A stretch of DNA of 64,000 bases from Candidatus Sumerlaeia bacterium (GCA_026415575.1 JAOAGV010000009.1:1059-65058), one strand, 5' to 3'. Shown: positions 51,185 to 61,808, numbered from the stretch's first letter. Notes: generated by a model not told the origin, from the letters alone. A program made the numbers and translations.

Positions 51185-52240
51185 CTACGGATTGGGCACG
51201 GTAACGGTAGGCGTGGTCAGGACGTCGCCGGGCAGCAGGTCGAAGCGCAGCAACACACTTTGCGGCTGAACCGAGACGACGCGCACGCTCGGCGGGGCCG
51301 ATTCATCCAACCGCGCTTCGATGGCGACGCTGCCGATCTCGCCGGGTCTTTCGATGGGCGGATTTTTTGGCCGCAAAAGTATGGTGCGCGGATCCAGCGA
51401 TTGGACCAGACTGCGCGGGCCGGTAATCACCACAGTGGCGGAAGTCGGCTCGGTGCGGGCCACCAGATTACGCGTGACTGTGGCCACCTGAACCGGAACG
51501 GCCGCAATGGTGCGCGACGTAGATTCCTCGCGGATGATAATCTGCACAACGGCCGTGGACATTTCGCGCGACAGGCGTTGGCGCGTCTCTTCGTTGATGA
51601 TCGAAACACCCTCGGGCACCAGCAGGGCCACGGACGTCGTGGGAATGTCGCGGCGATCGGTGACCGTGATCGGCGCGGTCAGCAGTTCCACTTCGCCGGA
51701 CGCGTTGCGCGGCAGATGGTCGAGCCGGTCCGGCGGCCCGGTCAAAAGACGGTCGGGCGGCGTGACGATAACCTTTTCCACGCGGTAGCCGGCCATGGGC
51801 TGGCCGATGATCTGCGGGACCACCCGGGCCGGCACGGTGCGGAATCGGATGCCGATATTGACGCTGGCCGGCTCGACGCGTTGAATCTGCGCGTTGGCTG
51901 TCAGCGACGAGTGCTGCACATCGTCGGCGGTCAGAGGAACACGGACCGTTTGCATTTCCCGCACACCGGCTTGTTGCACCAGACTGGCATCGTTGATGAC
52001 CACGCGAAATGCGCTGCTGTAAATGCGGCTGCGCAGCGATTTGGGATACCGCACCTCGACGTTGACTGTTTTGCGACCGACCTCGGTTTCCACATACGGC
52101 GGCAGGGACACAACCAGAGGGACATTGTCCAGCACCTGCTCTTCGACATTGCCCATCTTGGCAATCAGCCAAATGCAGTAGGCAATCATCAGCGAGGCAA
52201 TGGCAATGACAGTCTTGTCCGAGCGCAGTTTGCGGAACAT
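51185..52240 (-). CDS. cdaR: YbbR-domain protein (CdaR-like regulator of diadenylate cyclase)
   Basis: N-terminal TM (VIAIASLMIAYCIWLIA) followed by repeated beta-rich YbbR-like modules. It lies immediately downstream of cdaA with a 4-nt gap. Confidence 0.75.
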   Translation of the reverse strand: MFRKLRSDKTVIAIASLMIAYCIWLIAKMGNVEEQVLDNVPLVVSLPPYVETEVGRKTVNVEVRYPKSLRSRIYSSAFRVVINDASLVQQAGVREMQTVRVPLTADDVQHSSLTANAQIQRVEPASVNIGIRFRTVPARVVPQIIGQPMAGYRVEKVIVTPPDRLLTGPPDRLDHLPRNASGEVELLTAPITVTDRRDIPTTSVALLVPEGVSIINEETRQRLSREMSTAVVQIIIREESTSRTIAAVPVQVATVTRNLVARTEPTSATVVITGPRSLVQSLDPRTILLRPKNPPIERPGEIGSVAIEARLDESAPPSVRVVSVQPQSVLLRFDLLPGDVLTTPTVTVPNP

Positions 52241-52244
52241 CGCG

Positions 52245-53030
52245 TTACGTTTCCTCCGGACGGATTTTCAGCAACTCGGCCAAAATGTTGCGCAGACTCT
52301 CCGGCGTCTGGCGGCGTTCGAGATTGCCGTTGTGCGCCAGCGAAATAATCCCCGTTTCCTCGGAGACCACAATGACCACGGCGTCGGTTTCTTCTGACAG
52401 GCCGACGGCGGCGCGGTGGCGCGTGCCCAGTTCCTTCTCCAGCGTGGGATTGTTGCTCAGCGGCAGAATGCAGCTGGCCGCCACGATACGGTCGCCACGG
52501 ATGATGACCGCGCCGTCATGCAGGGGCGACGGCCGCGTGAAGATGGTCCGCAACGTCTCGGTCGTGACCAGCGCATCCAGCGGAATGCCCGTATCGGCGT
52601 ACACTTTCAACGAATTGATGCGCTCGATGGCGAGGATCGCGCCCATGCGCTGCTTGGCCATCATGCTGACGGCGCGGACCAGCTCGTCGAGGAATTCAAC
52701 GCTGGGCGTGAAAAACACCCGAAACAACCGCATCTGGCCGATGCTCGTCAGGGCGCGTTTGAACTCGTGCTGAAACGTAACAATAAACACGAGAACTATC
52801 ACGATCCAGAAACTGCGGAAGATCAGCGTCACGGCGTTCAGGCCGGCTGTCTCGGCGAGGAAATATACCAAAAAGGAAAACAACAGGAGCGTGACCAGTC
52901 CCTGCAGCGCAACGGCCGAGCGCGTCTCGCGCAATAAAGCAAACAACAAATAGAAAATTGTCGCCACCATGGCGATGTCGAGAATATCCACAAACGTCTG
53001 CGGGAGATAGAGGTCTGCAAATTCCCCCAT
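52245..53030 (-). CDS. cdaA: Diadenylate cyclase CdaA (membrane-anchored DAC domain)
   Basis: Three N-terminal TM segments, then SPLHDGAVIIRGDRIVAASCILPLS...LGTRHRAAVGLSEETDAVVIVVSEETG (the DGA and RHR motifs of DisA_N). Confidence 0.9.
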   Translation of the reverse strand: MGEFADLYLPQTFVDILDIAMVATIFYLLFALLRETRSAVALQGLVTLLLFSFLVYFLAETAGLNAVTLIFRSFWIVIVLVFIVTFQHEFKRALTSIGQMRLFRVFFTPSVEFLDELVRAVSMMAKQRMGAILAIERINSLKVYADTGIPLDALVTTETLRTIFTRPSPLHDGAVIIRGDRIVAASCILPLSNNPTLEKELGTRHRAAVGLSEETDAVVIVVSEETGIISLAHNGNLERRQTPESLRNILAELLKIRPEET

Positions 53031-53081
53031 GGGCTGCTCCCTTGGCGAAACATTGAGGCCGCTGGCCGGGCGGCCGTATCC

Positions 53082-53930
53082 TTACAGGCTGCCGCGAATC
53101 GCCGCGGCCATTTGCGCAACCCGTTTCATGGCCCGCACGTCATGCACGCGAACGATCGCGGCCCCATTCCAGACGGCTATGGCCACCGCCGCCGCTGTTC
53201 CTTCGAGCCGGTCCTCCACCGGCACGTCCAACACCTTGCCGATAAACGACTTGCGCGAAGGCCCCACCAACACGGGCCGCCCTAACGATAGTAATTCGCC
53301 CAGCCGCCGCAAAATTGCAAGGTTATGTTCGAGGGTCTTCCCAAAGCCGATCCCCGGATCGAACACCATGCACTCGTCGGCAATGCCGGCGGCCCGAGCG
53401 GCCTGTCGGCGCTCGGCAAAGAACCCGCCAATCTCCGCCACCACATCCCGATAAGTCGGATTGGCCTGCATTGTGCGCGGCGTCCCCTGCATATGCATGA
53501 GAACAACGCCGGCGCCGAAATCGGCGGCCACGTGCGCCATTTCCGGATCACCGCGCAGCGCCGTAACATCGTTGACAATATGCGCGCCGGCCTCGAGGGC
53601 AGCGCGGGCAACCACGGCTTTGGCCGTATCTATGGACAACAGAACATTGGTCTGCCGCAAGCGCTCCACGACCGGCAGCACGCGGCGCAGTTCCACGTCG
53701 GCCGGAACCGGCTCGGCTCCCGGACGTGTGGACTCCCCGCCGATGTCGAGAATGTCCGCCCCGTCGGCGATCAACTGAAGTCCGTGCGCCACGGCGCGCT
53801 CGGGGTCCAAGAACCGCCCGCCGTCGCTGAATGAATCCGGCGTGACGTTGACAATGCCCATAACGGCGACGGAACGCAGATCAAGCCATCGGTCGCGGCA
53901 TTGCCAGTATGGGGATGCTTCGGGAAACAT
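53082..53930 (-). CDS. folP: Dihydropteroate synthase
   Basis: Track ORF 53082..54080, with the internal ATG 53930. VMGIVNVTPDSFSDGGRF...GADILDIGGESTRPGA...SIDT...GAHIVNDV...GIGFGKT. Confidence 0.9.
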   Translation of the reverse strand: MFPEASPYWQCRDRWLDLRSVAVMGIVNVTPDSFSDGGRFLDPERAVAHGLQLIADGADILDIGGESTRPGAEPVPADVELRRVLPVVERLRQTNVLLSIDTAKAVVARAALEAGAHIVNDVTALRGDPEMAHVAADFGAGVVLMHMQGTPRTMQANPTYRDVVAEIGGFFAERRQAARAAGIADECMVFDPGIGFGKTLEHNLAILRRLGELLSLGRPVLVGPSRKSFIGKVLDVPVEDRLEGTAAAVAIAVWNGAAIVRVHDVRAMKRVAQMAAAIRGSL

Positions 53931-54186
53931 TCCGGAAGTTCCTTCAGCGGTTTGCGATGACAACCATCGCCAAGTTTTTGTTAAGTGCCGGTGCGCGGGG
54001 ACGCAACTGAAAACTGCAAAACGCAACGGGCACCCTTCCCATTGGGAGAAAAGACCTTGACAGGGCCGGCCGTGCCGCATGAAAGTGAGACCTTGTTTTG
54101 CGGGCCTTGATACATTTTACAGTTCGATTCGGCCATCGCGCTCCATCACAAACGGGGCGCGATGCCGTCAGAAAAGGGACCGAACC

Positions 54187-54714
54187 ATGGCAGAGAATGA
54201 GATGAGTGAATCGGGCGCTCAACCGGCCGCTTCCGGTCCGATCACAATCGAGCATTTGCGGGAAATTATCCGGCTATGCCGCGAGAACGACATTGCGGAA
54301 TTGAAAGTGAAACACCAAGGGATGCGCATCTACGTAAAGGCACGAACGGGTCCCGCGCCGGTCGAATATGTTACGACGCCGCCTGCGGCCCCGCTCCCTG
54401 TCGCAGTTGCCCCGGCGCCCGAGACTGCACCGGTCTCCGGCACACCGGCGGAGATCGAAAGCGAAGAATCCAAATATGTCGTAATTCGCTCGCCGATGGT
54501 GGGCACATTTTATCGTGCTCCGGCGCCCGACGCCGCTCCATTTGTCGAAGTGGGCGATGCCGTGCGGGAAAACACGGTGTTGTGCATCGTAGAGGCCATG
54601 AAGTTGATGAACGAAATCAAGGCCGAGACGCGCGGCGTGGTGGCCAAAATTCTTGTAGAAAACGCGCAATCCGTCGAATACAACCAGCCGCTTTTTTGGA
54701 TCAAGCCGGAGTGA
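54187..54714 (+). CDS. accB: Acetyl-CoA carboxylase biotin carboxyl carrier protein
   Basis: Track ORF 54079..54714, with ATG 54187. An Ala/Pro linker is followed by CIVEAMKLMNEIKAE (biotinyl-lysine motif). Confidence 0.9.
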   Translation: MAENEMSESGAQPAASGPITIEHLREIIRLCRENDIAELKVKHQGMRIYVKARTGPAPVEYVTTPPAAPLPVAVAPAPETAPVSGTPAEIESEESKYVVIRSPMVGTFYRAPAPDAAPFVEVGDAVRENTVLCIVEAMKLMNEIKAETRGVVAKILVENAQSVEYNQPLFWIKPE

Positions 54715-54818
54715 GGAAGGCTGCCGGCCAGCCGCGGGGGGCCGTCATCGGTGCCGTCCATGATCGCCGCAAAGTCCGTTGTGTCCACTCTGTCCATCAA
54801 GGGATTTGACCGCCAACG

Positions 54819-56159
54819 ATGTTCAAACGACTTCTGATCGCCAATCGGGGAGAAATCGCGCTGCGCATCATCCGGGCATGCCGCGAAATGGGCATCCAGA
54901 CTGTCGCCGTCTATTCGGAGGCCGACCGCGATTCCCTCCACGTCCGGTATGCCGACGACGCGGTGTGCATCGGGCCGCCGCCCAGTGCACAAAGCTATCT
55001 CAACATGCCCCAGATTATTTCCGCCGCCGTCATCACCCAGAGCGACGCCATTCATCCGGGCTACGGTTTTTTGGCCGAGAACGACCGGTTTTCGGAGAGT
55101 TGCGAGGCGTGCAAAATTACGTTTGTCGGGCCGACGCCGGATGCCATCCGGTTGATGGGCGACAAAGCGGAAGCCAAGCGGACGGTGCGCAAGGCGGGCG
55201 TGCCGGTCATTCCGGGCAGCGACGGCGTGGTCGAAAGCGTCGAGCAGGCCTTGCGGTTGGCCGCCGATTTCGGCTATCCGGTGATCGTGAAAGCCGCCGG
55301 CGGCGGCGGTGGACGCGGCATGCGGGTCGCCCACAGCGAACTGGCCCTGCGCGACGCATTCGTGATGGCGCAAAGCGAAGCCCAGAAGGCGTTCGATAAT
55401 CCCCAAGTCTATATTGAAAAATATTTTGAGCGGCCCCGTCATATCGAAATTCAGATTCTGGCCGACCGGCACGGGACGACGATCCATCTGGGCGAACGCG
55501 ACTGCTCGATTCAGCGTCGGCACCAGAAGCTGATCGAGGAAAGCCCCGGTCCGGCCATGACGCCCAAGTTGCGCAAAAAAATGGGGGAGGCGGCTGTACG
55601 GGCTGCGCAGGCGGTCAGCTACGTCGGCGCGGGCACCATCGAATTCCTGCTCGATACGGACGGCCGCTTCTATTTCATGGAAATGAACACCCGAATCCAA
55701 GTCGAACATCCGGTTACCGAAATGGTCACCGGTTTGGACATTGTAAAGTTGCAGATTCGCGCCGCCGCCGGTGAAAAACTGGGCATCCGCCAAGATGATG
55801 TCCTGATGCACGGCCACGCCATCGAGTGCCGCATCAATGCCGAGGACCCGGACAACCGGTTTCTGCCCAATCCCGGCAAAATCACCGTCTTTCATCCGCC
55901 CGGCGGCCCCGGAGTCCGCGTGGACAGCCATGCCTACAGCGAGTATCGCATACCGCCCTACTACGACTCGCTCATCGCCAAGCTGATCGTCTATGATCAT
56001 GACCGGCCGTCGGCTCTGGCGCGAATGGAACGGGCCTTGGATGAGTTTGTCATTGAAGGGGTCAAAACGACCATTCCGTTTCACTTGCGGGTCTTGCGCG
56101 ACGAGCGGTTCCGCAAGGGCGACTACGACGTGACTTTTCTTGACACCATGCTGCGATAA
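54819..56159 (+). CDS. accC: Acetyl-CoA carboxylase biotin carboxylase subunit
   Basis: [26 protein letters not shown]..., the ATP-grasp motif [19 protein letters not shown], and [14 protein letters not shown]. Confidence 0.95.
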   Translation: MFKRLLIANRGEIALRIIRACREMGIQTVAVYSEADRDSLHVRYADDAVCIGPPPSAQSYLNMPQIISAAVITQSDAIHPGYGFLAENDRFSESCEACKITFVGPTPDAIRLMGDKAEAKRTVRKAGVPVIPGSDGVVESVEQALRLAADFGYPVIVKAAGGGGGRGMRVAHSELALRDAFVMAQSEAQKAFDNPQVYIEKYFERPRHIEIQILADRHGTTIHLGERDCSIQRRHQKLIEESPGPAMTPKLRKKMGEAAVRAAQAVSYVGAGTIEFLLDTDGRFYFMEMNTRIQVEHPVTEMVTGLDIVKLQIRAAAGEKLGIRQDDVLMHGHAIECRINAEDPDNRFLPNPGKITVFHPPGGPGVRVDSHAYSEYRIPPYYDSLIAKLIVYDHDRPSALARMERALDEFVIEGVKTTIPFHLRVLRDERFRKGDYDVTFLDTMLR

Positions 56160-56269
56160 GAGGTAGGCATTCAATCGGAATGGCGGCGATGCATGGCGCA
56201 GGTCGGCGACCTGCGATCCCCTCAATGCCAACGGGCGGGCAACCTGCCCACGCTCTAAGGAGGACGGGA

Positions 56270-56704
56270 ATGGCGACAATGACCGACGAAAGACCGCAGG
56301 AAACGGCCGAGCACCCTTCCAACCTTCCCATCCGCTATGGCGATGAATCTTCCGGCGAAATCCTCGGCGACATCAAGATCTCGAACGAGGTGGTGGGAAC
56401 CATTGCCAGTCTGGCAGCCAGTGATGTCGAAGGGATCGTGGGACTGGTCAGCAAGTTTTCGCTGGGGGATATGCTGGGTCGCAAGGATACCGACCGCGGC
56501 GTTGTGGTAACGATCGAAAACACGCGGGTGTCGGTACACGTCGAAGTCAACGTGCAGTATGGGGTGAACATCTACGATGTCTGTCACCGTCTGCAGCGCA
56601 AGATCAAAGACTCAGTCGAGGAAATGACCGGCCTTGTCGTGGATCGCGTGAATGTGGACGTGCGTGGGATTGTTGTGCCGCCGCGGGAAAACAAGGAACG
56701 GTAG
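56270..56704 (+). CDS. Asp23/Gls24 family envelope stress protein
   Basis: AAGGAGGA lies upstream of ATG 56270. ISNEVVGTIASLAASDVEGIVGL...VHVEVNVQYGVNIYDVCHRLQRKIKDSVEEMTGLVVDRVNVDVRGI. Confidence 0.85.
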   Translation: MATMTDERPQETAEHPSNLPIRYGDESSGEILGDIKISNEVVGTIASLAASDVEGIVGLVSKFSLGDMLGRKDTDRGVVVTIENTRVSVHVEVNVQYGVNIYDVCHRLQRKIKDSVEEMTGLVVDRVNVDVRGIVVPPRENKER

Positions 56705-56752
56705 CATTTGGAACTTTCGGTTCGGCGCGGTGCCGGAGGAGGTGCGCGCACC

Positions 56753-57457
56753 ATGATTCGACGGCTTCAGATCATTCTGATCACTTTGTGCCTCATTCTG
56801 TTCTTCCTGCTGGCGCTGGCGCTGGTTTTTGAGCGGTCGGGCTGGCAGCCGTTGGAAACCTTTGGCGCTCAAGCCATCGAAAGCATCCCCCCGACACTGC
56901 AGATGTTGATCCTGCTGGCCGTGCTGGCCGCCATCCTGCTGATCGGCGCGTTGACCCTGCATCAGTTGCGCGGCGATGTTTTGATTACGCGCGAGGGCGA
57001 AGAAGGCACGGTTACGATTGTCGAGTCGGCCATCCGGCGCTATATCCGGCAGGTGGCCATGGACATGGGGGCGGTGCGCAAGGTCCGCACGCGCATCACA
57101 AATACCCCGCAGGGGTTGGCAGTGGACCTGTTTGCCAATGTGATCGTCACCGACACGCTGGTCAAGATCGAGCAGACGATTCGGTCGCGGGTGCGCGAGG
57201 CCCTCGAGCAGACGCTGGGGGTTGGGGGTGTTGCCTCGATCAATGTGATTGTGGAGAATTTCGAGAAGGTGCGCGAGCGCGAGGAACCGTCGGAGGAAGG
57301 TGTGACGCTGCCGCCGGCACGGGAACCGGCCGGCCAAGAACGTGCCGCCGAACCCACGCAGTATGTCCATTTGGTCCATCGGCCTGAGGTGACGGATGTC
57401 CCGAGTGAATCTGCAGTCGAAACGTCTGACGCGCGACCAACTGAAGAGAATCGTTGA
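56753..57457 (+). CDS. AmaP-like membrane anchor protein (partner of Asp23)
   Basis: GGAGGAGG lies upstream of ATG 56753. Two TM segments ([35 protein letters not shown]) are followed by an Asp23-like soluble part and an acidic tail. The family call rests on position and topology. Confidence 0.55.
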   Translation: MIRRLQIILITLCLILFFLLALALVFERSGWQPLETFGAQAIESIPPTLQMLILLAVLAAILLIGALTLHQLRGDVLITREGEEGTVTIVESAIRRYIRQVAMDMGAVRKVRTRITNTPQGLAVDLFANVIVTDTLVKIEQTIRSRVREALEQTLGVGGVASINVIVENFEKVREREEPSEEGVTLPPAREPAGQERAAEPTQYVHLVHRPEVTDVPSESAVETSDARPTEENR

Positions 57458-57884
57458 GCGCGAGCGGGCCGCTGGCCGCCGCATTGTTTTTACCAACGGT
57501 TGTTTCGACCTTCTCCATGTCGGCCATGTGCGCTATCTCGATGCGGCCCGCCGGTTGGGCGATGTCTTGGTGGTGGCCGTCAACGCCGACGAAACGGTAC
57601 GGCAGCTGAAAGGCGAGGGGCGTCCGATGCTGGCGCTCGAAGCGCGCATGCGCATCCTGTCGGCGTTGGACGCCGTGGATTATGTTGTTGCATTCGAGGA
57701 GCCGACGCCGTGCGATCTGCTGCGCGAGCTGCGGCCGGAAGTACTGGTCAAAGGCGGCGATTACGGCATCGAAGGCGTGGTCGGCCGCGAGATTGTCGAG
57801 GCCTACGGCGGCACCGTGTGCGTTGTGCCGGCCACTCCGGGAATCTCGACAACGCACACGGTCACACAAATGCGGGGCAAATAG
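57396..57884 (+). CDS. rfaE2: D-glycero-beta-D-manno-heptose 1-phosphate adenylyltransferase (RfaE domain II / cytidylyltransferase-like)
   Basis: [50 protein letters not shown]...[10 protein letters not shown]...[12 protein letters not shown]. Confidence 0.85.
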   Translation: MSRVNLQSKRLTRDQLKRIVERERAAGRRIVFTNGCFDLLHVGHVRYLDAARRLGDVLVVAVNADETVRQLKGEGRPMLALEARMRILSALDAVDYVVAFEEPTPCDLLRELRPEVLVKGGDYGIEGVVGREIVEAYGGTVCVVPATPGISTTHTVTQMRGK

Positions 57885-58054
57885 CAAGAGGAACGGTTGG
57901 GCAGGAAAAACAAAGGCGGTCGGCGAAAGGCTACCGTCCCGGTTATCGGGCCCGTTTGCCGCAAACTGCTGCAGTTCCCAGCCCCCACCGGCTCAAGATA
58001 AGGTCTCATACCCGAACGGATACACCAACACGATATCGGAAGGAAAACGCAGCC

Positions 58055-58261
58055 ATGTCAGCCGAGAACAAAAAGGAAATGGTAGCGGACGAGGAGGTCC
58101 CTGAACTGGAAGTGGGCGACCAAGTCAAACACCCCAAATGGGGTGTGGGCAACGTGCTGTTCAAGAGCGGCAGCGGCGACCTTGCCAAAGTGGTGGTCGC
58201 GTTTCCTGAAGAAGGCACAAAAAAGCTTTTGGTAAAGAAAGCGCGGCTGAAAAAGGTCTAA
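58055..58261 (+). CDS. Small DUF3553-like protein (HPKWGxG motif as in PcrA/UvrD C-terminal tails)
   Basis: 68 aa: MSAENKKEMVADEEVPELEVGDQVKHPKWGVGNVLFKSGSGDLAKVVVAFPEEGTKKLLVKKARLKKV. It is the tail of track ORF 57500..58261. The family is named from memory. Confidence 0.55.
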   Translation: MSAENKKEMVADEEVPELEVGDQVKHPKWGVGNVLFKSGSGDLAKVVVAFPEEGTKKLLVKKARLKKV

Positions 58262-58340
58262 TGAGGTCGCAGGACCTTTCCGATTCATCCGACGTGTCGG
58301 ATGCGTCCAACCCGTCGGACGTGTCGGTTGGGTCATCGCC
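58262..58340. repeat. TCGGAC/GTCCGA-type short repeat patch (reads S-D-rich in frame)
   Basis: Palindrome TCCGACGTGTCGGA at 58288-58301. GACGTGTCGG repeats at 58291 and 58318. A related patch CGGACGGATTCGACCGGTCCGACC lies at about 45081-45104. Confidence 0.55.
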
Positions 58341-58353
58341 AAGGAGCGCTCGA

Positions 58354-58656
58354 ATGCCCAGTGAAAAAGTTACCGAGGCCGACGTGCGGCACGTCGCGTA
58401 TTTGTCGCGCTTGGAATTCAATGCCGATGAAATCCAGCGCTTTACCCACGACCTCAATAATATCCTCCTCTATGTGGACAAGCTGGCCGAGCTCGATACA
58501 AGCGCGGTCGAACCCACCTCACATTCGCTGAAGATGCAAAACGTCTTCCGCGACGATGAGGTCCGGGCTTCGCTGACCAACGAGCAGGCGCTGGCCAACG
58601 CGCCCGAACGCGAAGGCCCGTTTTTCAAAGTTCCGCAGATCATTCAGGAACCCTGA
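58354..58656 (+). CDS. gatC: Asp-tRNA(Asn)/Glu-tRNA(Gln) amidotransferase subunit C
   Basis: AAGGAG lies 7 nt upstream of ATG 58354. VTEADVRHVAYLSRLEFNADEIQRFTHDLNNILLYVDKLAELDTSAVEPTSH. The track start 58261 (TAATG overlap with the upstream stop) would add a 31-aa S/D-rich extension. Confidence 0.85.
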   Translation: MPSEKVTEADVRHVAYLSRLEFNADEIQRFTHDLNNILLYVDKLAELDTSAVEPTSHSLKMQNVFRDDEVRASLTNEQALANAPEREGPFFKVPQIIQEP

Positions 58657-58663
58657 GCACAGC

Positions 58664-60286
58664 ATGAGACGCTTTCTTTCGCTGCCGATGGCATGGAAAG
58701 CGTGGCTGTCGGCATTGTGGGCCGATGCGCGCAAACCTTCGTTTTACGTGTTTTTCCTTCTTTTCTGCGTTTTGCTGGGTTTCCGTCTGGGTGTCCGGCC
58801 GTTCAATCCCGAGGAATCCCGTGCGCTTGCCGGCATGAGTTTTTCGGCAATCAAAGCTGCGGGAAATCCGCCGGGCCACGCTCTCATTTGCCTGATGTTT
58901 TTCCCTTTTGGGCGCCTGATCCAAGCGCTGTCCCTGCCGCCCGAGCTTCTTGAGGGATGGTTGCTGCGGCTAACGTCCGTCTTTTTCGCGGTCGCGGCAT
59001 TTCCGTTCTGGTGGGCAATAGCACGGCGGTTTTTCGGACGCAATGTCGGCTTGGTTGCGTTCCTGCTTTCGACGTCGGCGTTCATCATTTTCTCTGCGCG
59101 CTTTTTTCAGCATTACGCACTCGCAATGTTGGAGACCGGTGCGGCAACGTGGTTGTTGCTGAAGGTGCTGGAAAAACCGTCACGGCGGCTGTGGATTGCC
59201 TACGGCGCCGTGCTGCTCCTGTCTTTATACACCTTCTACAGTTTCATCGTGGTGATTCTCGCGCACATCACTGTTTTCTGTCTGGCATGGCGGCGTGAAC
59301 CGCGGCGGCTGCTTTTGCCCGCAATGGTAATCGCCGTCGTCGCCATAGGCTTCGCTCCGTGGACGGGCATCTTGGTTCGCGGAATGGTCGGCGGGCAGAC
59401 CGACGCGGAAACTTTATCGCCGGCAAATCGCGTCGCCGGTGCGGCCGGACAAGTGGGCTACACTCTCTATGCGTTTTCGGTCAGCGATTCGTTCTCTCCG
59501 TTTGCTCTCCCCTACTCCGCCTTGGCTGCCGTTTTCTATGCCGCCCTGACCGTATTGGGCCTGCGGCGCATCTGGCAGAATCGCACGGCGCGGAGTATGG
59601 TCATTCCGCTGACCGTTGGGTTGGCTATTCTTGTGCCGGCCGCCCTGCGACTGGCCGGATGGGTCACAGATCCCATTCCGGCCGTCCCAACGCGGCTACT
59701 TTTCGCCGCACCATTTTTCGTGATGATCGTGGCTTGCGGCCTGCTGGAAATCGCCAACGTGCGCCTTCGCTTGATGTCTCTGGCTCTGGCCGTGATCATA
59801 CAAGGCGTGTCGCTTTTCAATTACTACGGTATCCGACAGTGGACATACTGGCCGTATGCCGCGCACACGGACGTTTATGTGTCCGACTTGCACGAACAAA
59901 TCCAAGACGCGGACTTGGTCGTTTTTGATACGTGGAACCTGATCCCGCCGGCCCAACTGGATCTCCCTTCGCTTTGGCAGTTCGGGCCGAAGGCTCCGGA
60001 CTGGCCGGCGGGGATCGCAACCGCCCGTCGCGTTGCCGTGCTTCGCGCCACCCACGACCGCGCGTCCGGCGGCCGCATGGAAAAACTCCTGAATCACCTC
60101 AAACTCCATTTCATTTTGCAGGAACACTACGGCTATGTGATTGAACCGCCCAACATTTTACGCTGGAAGAAACGCTTGTTGCGCCGCGAAATCTGCGCCT
60201 ATAAGATCGAATTGTTGGTGTTTGAGCGCGTGAAAGCGGACAAAAACCCGGAAACGCAAAGAGGAAATAGTCGTGCATCTGAATGA
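58664..60286 (+). CDS. Polytopic membrane protein, possibly a GT-C fold (ArnT/PMT-like) glycosyltransferase
   Basis: 540 aa with at least 10 hydrophobic segments in the first 400 aa or so and a soluble C-terminal region of about 130 aa. An acidic pair in the first loop ([10 protein letters not shown]) is reminiscent of GT-C enzymes. The function call is weak. Confidence 0.7.
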   Translation: MRRFLSLPMAWKAWLSALWADARKPSFYVFFLLFCVLLGFRLGVRPFNPEESRALAGMSFSAIKAAGNPPGHALICLMFFPFGRLIQALSLPPELLEGWLLRLTSVFFAVAAFPFWWAIARRFFGRNVGLVAFLLSTSAFIIFSARFFQHYALAMLETGAATWLLLKVLEKPSRRLWIAYGAVLLLSLYTFYSFIVVILAHITVFCLAWRREPRRLLLPAMVIAVVAIGFAPWTGILVRGMVGGQTDAETLSPANRVAGAAGQVGYTLYAFSVSDSFSPFALPYSALAAVFYAALTVLGLRRIWQNRTARSMVIPLTVGLAILVPAALRLAGWVTDPIPAVPTRLLFAAPFFVMIVACGLLEIANVRLRLMSLALAVIIQGVSLFNYYGIRQWTYWPYAAHTDVYVSDLHEQIQDADLVVFDTWNLIPPAQLDLPSLWQFGPKAPDWPAGIATARRVAVLRATHDRASGGRMEKLLNHLKLHFILQEHYGYVIEPPNILRWKKRLLRREICAYKIELLVFERVKADKNPETQRGNSRASE

Positions 60287-61742
60287 GCAGACTATCACGC
60301 AGTTGGCGCCGCTCCTGCAGGCGCGCAAACTCAGCAGCGTCGAACTGACCCGCAGCGTCCTCGAACGCATTCGCGCCCTCGAGCCCCGTGTCCGCGCCTA
60401 TCTGTCGGTCATGGAGACACAGGCCCTGCACATGGCCGAGGAGGCCGACCGCCGGTTCAAGCGCGGCGAGAATGTAACCCCGCTGACAGGCATCCCCGTT
60501 GCCCTTAAAGACAACTTGTGCACGCAGGGCTGGCCAACAACCTGCGCCTCGAAAATACTCCAGAACTTCGTTCCGCCCTACGACGCCACGGTGGTCGCGC
60601 GGCTCAAGGACGCCGGCGCGGTCTTTGTCGGCAAGACCAACCTTGATGAATTTGCCATGGGCTCCTCGACCGAGAACTCGGCGTTTCAAGTCACGGCAAA
60701 CCCATGGGACCTCGAGCGCGTGCCGGGCGGTTCCAGCGGCGGGTCGGCTGCAGCCGTTGCCGCCGACGAATGTATCGCCGCGCTCGGAAGCGACACCGGC
60801 GGCTCGATCCGCCAGCCTGCAGGCTTCTGCGGTGTGGTGGGGTTGAAACCAACCTACGGCCGCGTCTCGCGCTACGGTCTCGTGGCCTTCGCCTCGTCGT
60901 TGGACCAAATCGGACCGTTCGGCAAGACTGTGGCCGACTGCGCCTTGGTGATGAACTGTATCGCCGGCCGCGATCCGGCCGATTCCACGTCGGCCTCGGT
61001 CGCCGTTCCCGACTATGCTTCCGCATTGCGGGCCGATGTGAAGGGGCTGCGAATCGGCGTGCCCAAAGAGTATTTTGTCGAGGGGCTCAGCCGCGAAGTG
61101 GAAACCGCAGTGCGTGGCGCCGTCGCCCGCCTTGCCGAACTGGGCGCCGAGGCCGTGGAGATTTCGCTGCCGCACACGCCCTACGCCGTCGCCACCTATT
61201 ATCTGTGCGCTCCGGCCGAGGCCAGCAGCAACCTCGCGCGCTACGACGGCGTTCACTACGGCTATCGCGCCGCCGATCAGGACAACATCATTGACATGTA
61301 CACGCGCACCCGCCACGACGGATTCGGCACCGAGGTCAAGCGCCGCATCATGCTGGGAACCTATGCGCTCAGCGCCGGATACTACGACGCCTACTATCTC
61401 AAGGCGCTCAAGGTGCGAACACTCATCAAACGCGACTTCGAGCAGGCGTTCGAACTGTGCGACGTCATCGCCACGCCTACGTCGCCGACGCCGGCATTTC
61501 GCGCCGGCGAAAAAACCGGCGACCCTATTCAAATGTATCTCAGCGACATTTTTACAATCTCCGCTAATCTGGCCGGCATTCCGGCCATCTCGTTGCCGTG
61601 CGGATTTGCGCAAAACGGCGGGCACCCGCTGCCCATCGGCCTGCAACTGATTGCGCCGGTCTTCCGCGAGGACACGCTGTTTCGGGTTGCCCACACCTAC
61701 GAGCAGGCAACCGATTTCCACAAGAAAAAACCCACCTTGTGA
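60273..61742 (+). CDS. gatA: Asp-tRNA(Asn)/Glu-tRNA(Gln) amidotransferase subunit A
   Basis: GTG start. The amidase signature is [32 protein letters not shown]. 489 aa. Confidence 0.95.
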   Translation: MHLNEQTITQLAPLLQARKLSSVELTRSVLERIRALEPRVRAYLSVMETQALHMAEEADRRFKRGENVTPLTGIPVALKDNLCTQGWPTTCASKILQNFVPPYDATVVARLKDAGAVFVGKTNLDEFAMGSSTENSAFQVTANPWDLERVPGGSSGGSAAAVAADECIAALGSDTGGSIRQPAGFCGVVGLKPTYGRVSRYGLVAFASSLDQIGPFGKTVADCALVMNCIAGRDPADSTSASVAVPDYASALRADVKGLRIGVPKEYFVEGLSREVETAVRGAVARLAELGAEAVEISLPHTPYAVATYYLCAPAEASSNLARYDGVHYGYRAADQDNIIDMYTRTRHDGFGTEVKRRIMLGTYALSAGYYDAYYLKALKVRTLIKRDFEQAFELCDVIATPTSPTPAFRAGEKTGDPIQMYLSDIFTISANLAGIPAISLPCGFAQNGGHPLPIGLQLIAPVFREDTLFRVAHTYEQATDFHKKKPTL

Positions 61743-61808
61743 GAAATCTATAACCGGGGCACGAATGATTCTAATTCACCCATTTCACCCGATTTCCTGA
61801 GGCGCATC

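Noticed and set aside
54510-56279. 589-aa minus-strand ORF
   Set aside because: It is antisense to accB and accC.
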